Shown: piece after piece, positions 41,448 to 42,167 of the stretch | How the letters are laid out: the number at the start of each line of letters is the position of its first letter | How positions within the stretch are numbered: position 1 is the stretch's first letter | Assembly: GCA_943704415.1 (NCBI GenBank) | Contig: CALSCO010001136.1 | Location: 1 to 42,167, forward strand | From: Parvularia atlantis | Lineage: Eukaryota | Direction of reading: 5' to 3' | Length of the DNA stretch: 42,167 nucleotides | Program-made: the position numbers and the translations under genes | The notes under the pieces: generated by a model | The model's database searches: none | Seen by the model: the letters and a program-made list of their open reading frames with translations, nothing else | Told to the model about the DNA's origin: nothing

Positions 41448-42111
41448 CTAGAAGAGCAGGCGGAACGGGTACGGGCCGTACTTGAAGCGGAAGACGTAGA
41501 CGACGGTCGAGCACGCGACGAAGAAGACGCCCGCGTACGCGTACGCGAATATCCGCTGTGTCGATGGCTGCGTGCGTGCGCCGCGCCGTCGCGCGCGTGT
41601 GAGGTGTGGGCAGCGGCACCGGGTGGCGGCGAGCGGGCGCACCTTGCTGATCGCGGGCACGTGCACGGCGAGCATGATGAACGAGAACGCGGCGGCACCG
41701 TCTGTGCGGCGTATGCGGCGTCAGCGCAAGGCAGCGGGGCAGCAGGGTGGGTAACGCACAGAGCATGGCCACGAAGCGCGTCTCGAGGCCGTACTGCGAC
41801 TGGAACTGGGGCGAGATCGCCTCGCGGCCAGCGAAGGGGGCGCCGCGGATCGAGTTCCAGGCGTGGCCCGAGATGAAGAAGAGCGTGATGACCTGCCGCG
41901 GTGCTGCCGTCGGCCGCGCGCGCACGGTGCTGCGCTCGCCACCCGCGCACCATCGCCAGCACCGACCAGACGATCGGGTTGCGCACAAACTCGTTGTAGC
42001 GCGTCCACGCCGTCCACGCCGCGGCCGCGCCGACGAGCAGCACGAGCACGGGCAGGAGGAATTTGGTCGGGTCGAAGGGCTTGTTGAGCGGCACCTGGGG
42101 CGCGTGGGGAT

Positions 42112-42156
<45 letters not shown>

Positions 42157-42167
42157 TGTGAGTGGGG
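41448..42167 (-). CDS. OST3: Oligosaccharyltransferase subunit OST3/OST6 (MAGT1/TUSC3 family), 3' part
   Basis: Four TM segments with FISGHAWNSIRGAPF, QFQSQYGLET and VFRFKYGPYPFRLLF*. The gene starts beyond the window end. Confidence 0.93.
42114..42153. repeat. (GT)20 microsatellite in OST3 intron
   Basis: Perfect dinucleotide run seen directly. Confidence 0.95.

Overview
This is very GC-rich, extremely gene-dense eukaryotic DNA. Genes are split by many short introns of about 50-90 nt (5' GTGCGY, branch CTGAC/CTCAC, 3' YAG). The long six-frame ORFs are mostly GC artefacts, so I rebuilt the genes by hand-splicing. About 20 protein genes result: a Spindle-E/TDRD9-like DExH helicase with six N-terminal Tudor domains (runs off the left edge), an F-box protein, dynactin p150, a small basic protein, a 2OG-Fe(II) oxygenase-like protein, ARL6IP4/SR-25, ALG14, a class I PI3K, an ankyrin protein, MOCS2B, a small TM protein, a PPR protein, TIP41, SUMF1/FGE, glutamate dehydrogenase, a PTB-like/RasGEF, a hypothetical protein, a C2-C2-RasGAP fused to a paxillin-like LD+4xLIM module, an RVxF protein and OST3/6 (runs off the right edge). 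The gene set suggests a unicellular opisthokont/amorphean protist (inference; species not identifiable). Main highlights: the RasGAP-paxillin fusion beside a RasGEF and near a Ras-binding PI3K, the multi-Tudor Spn-E helicase whose 5' end is duplicated as a ~200-bp inverted repeat, a U2-type-looking AT-AC intron, and an excess of GC-AG introns. All family calls come from remembered motifs, not database searches, and coordinates were counted by hand.
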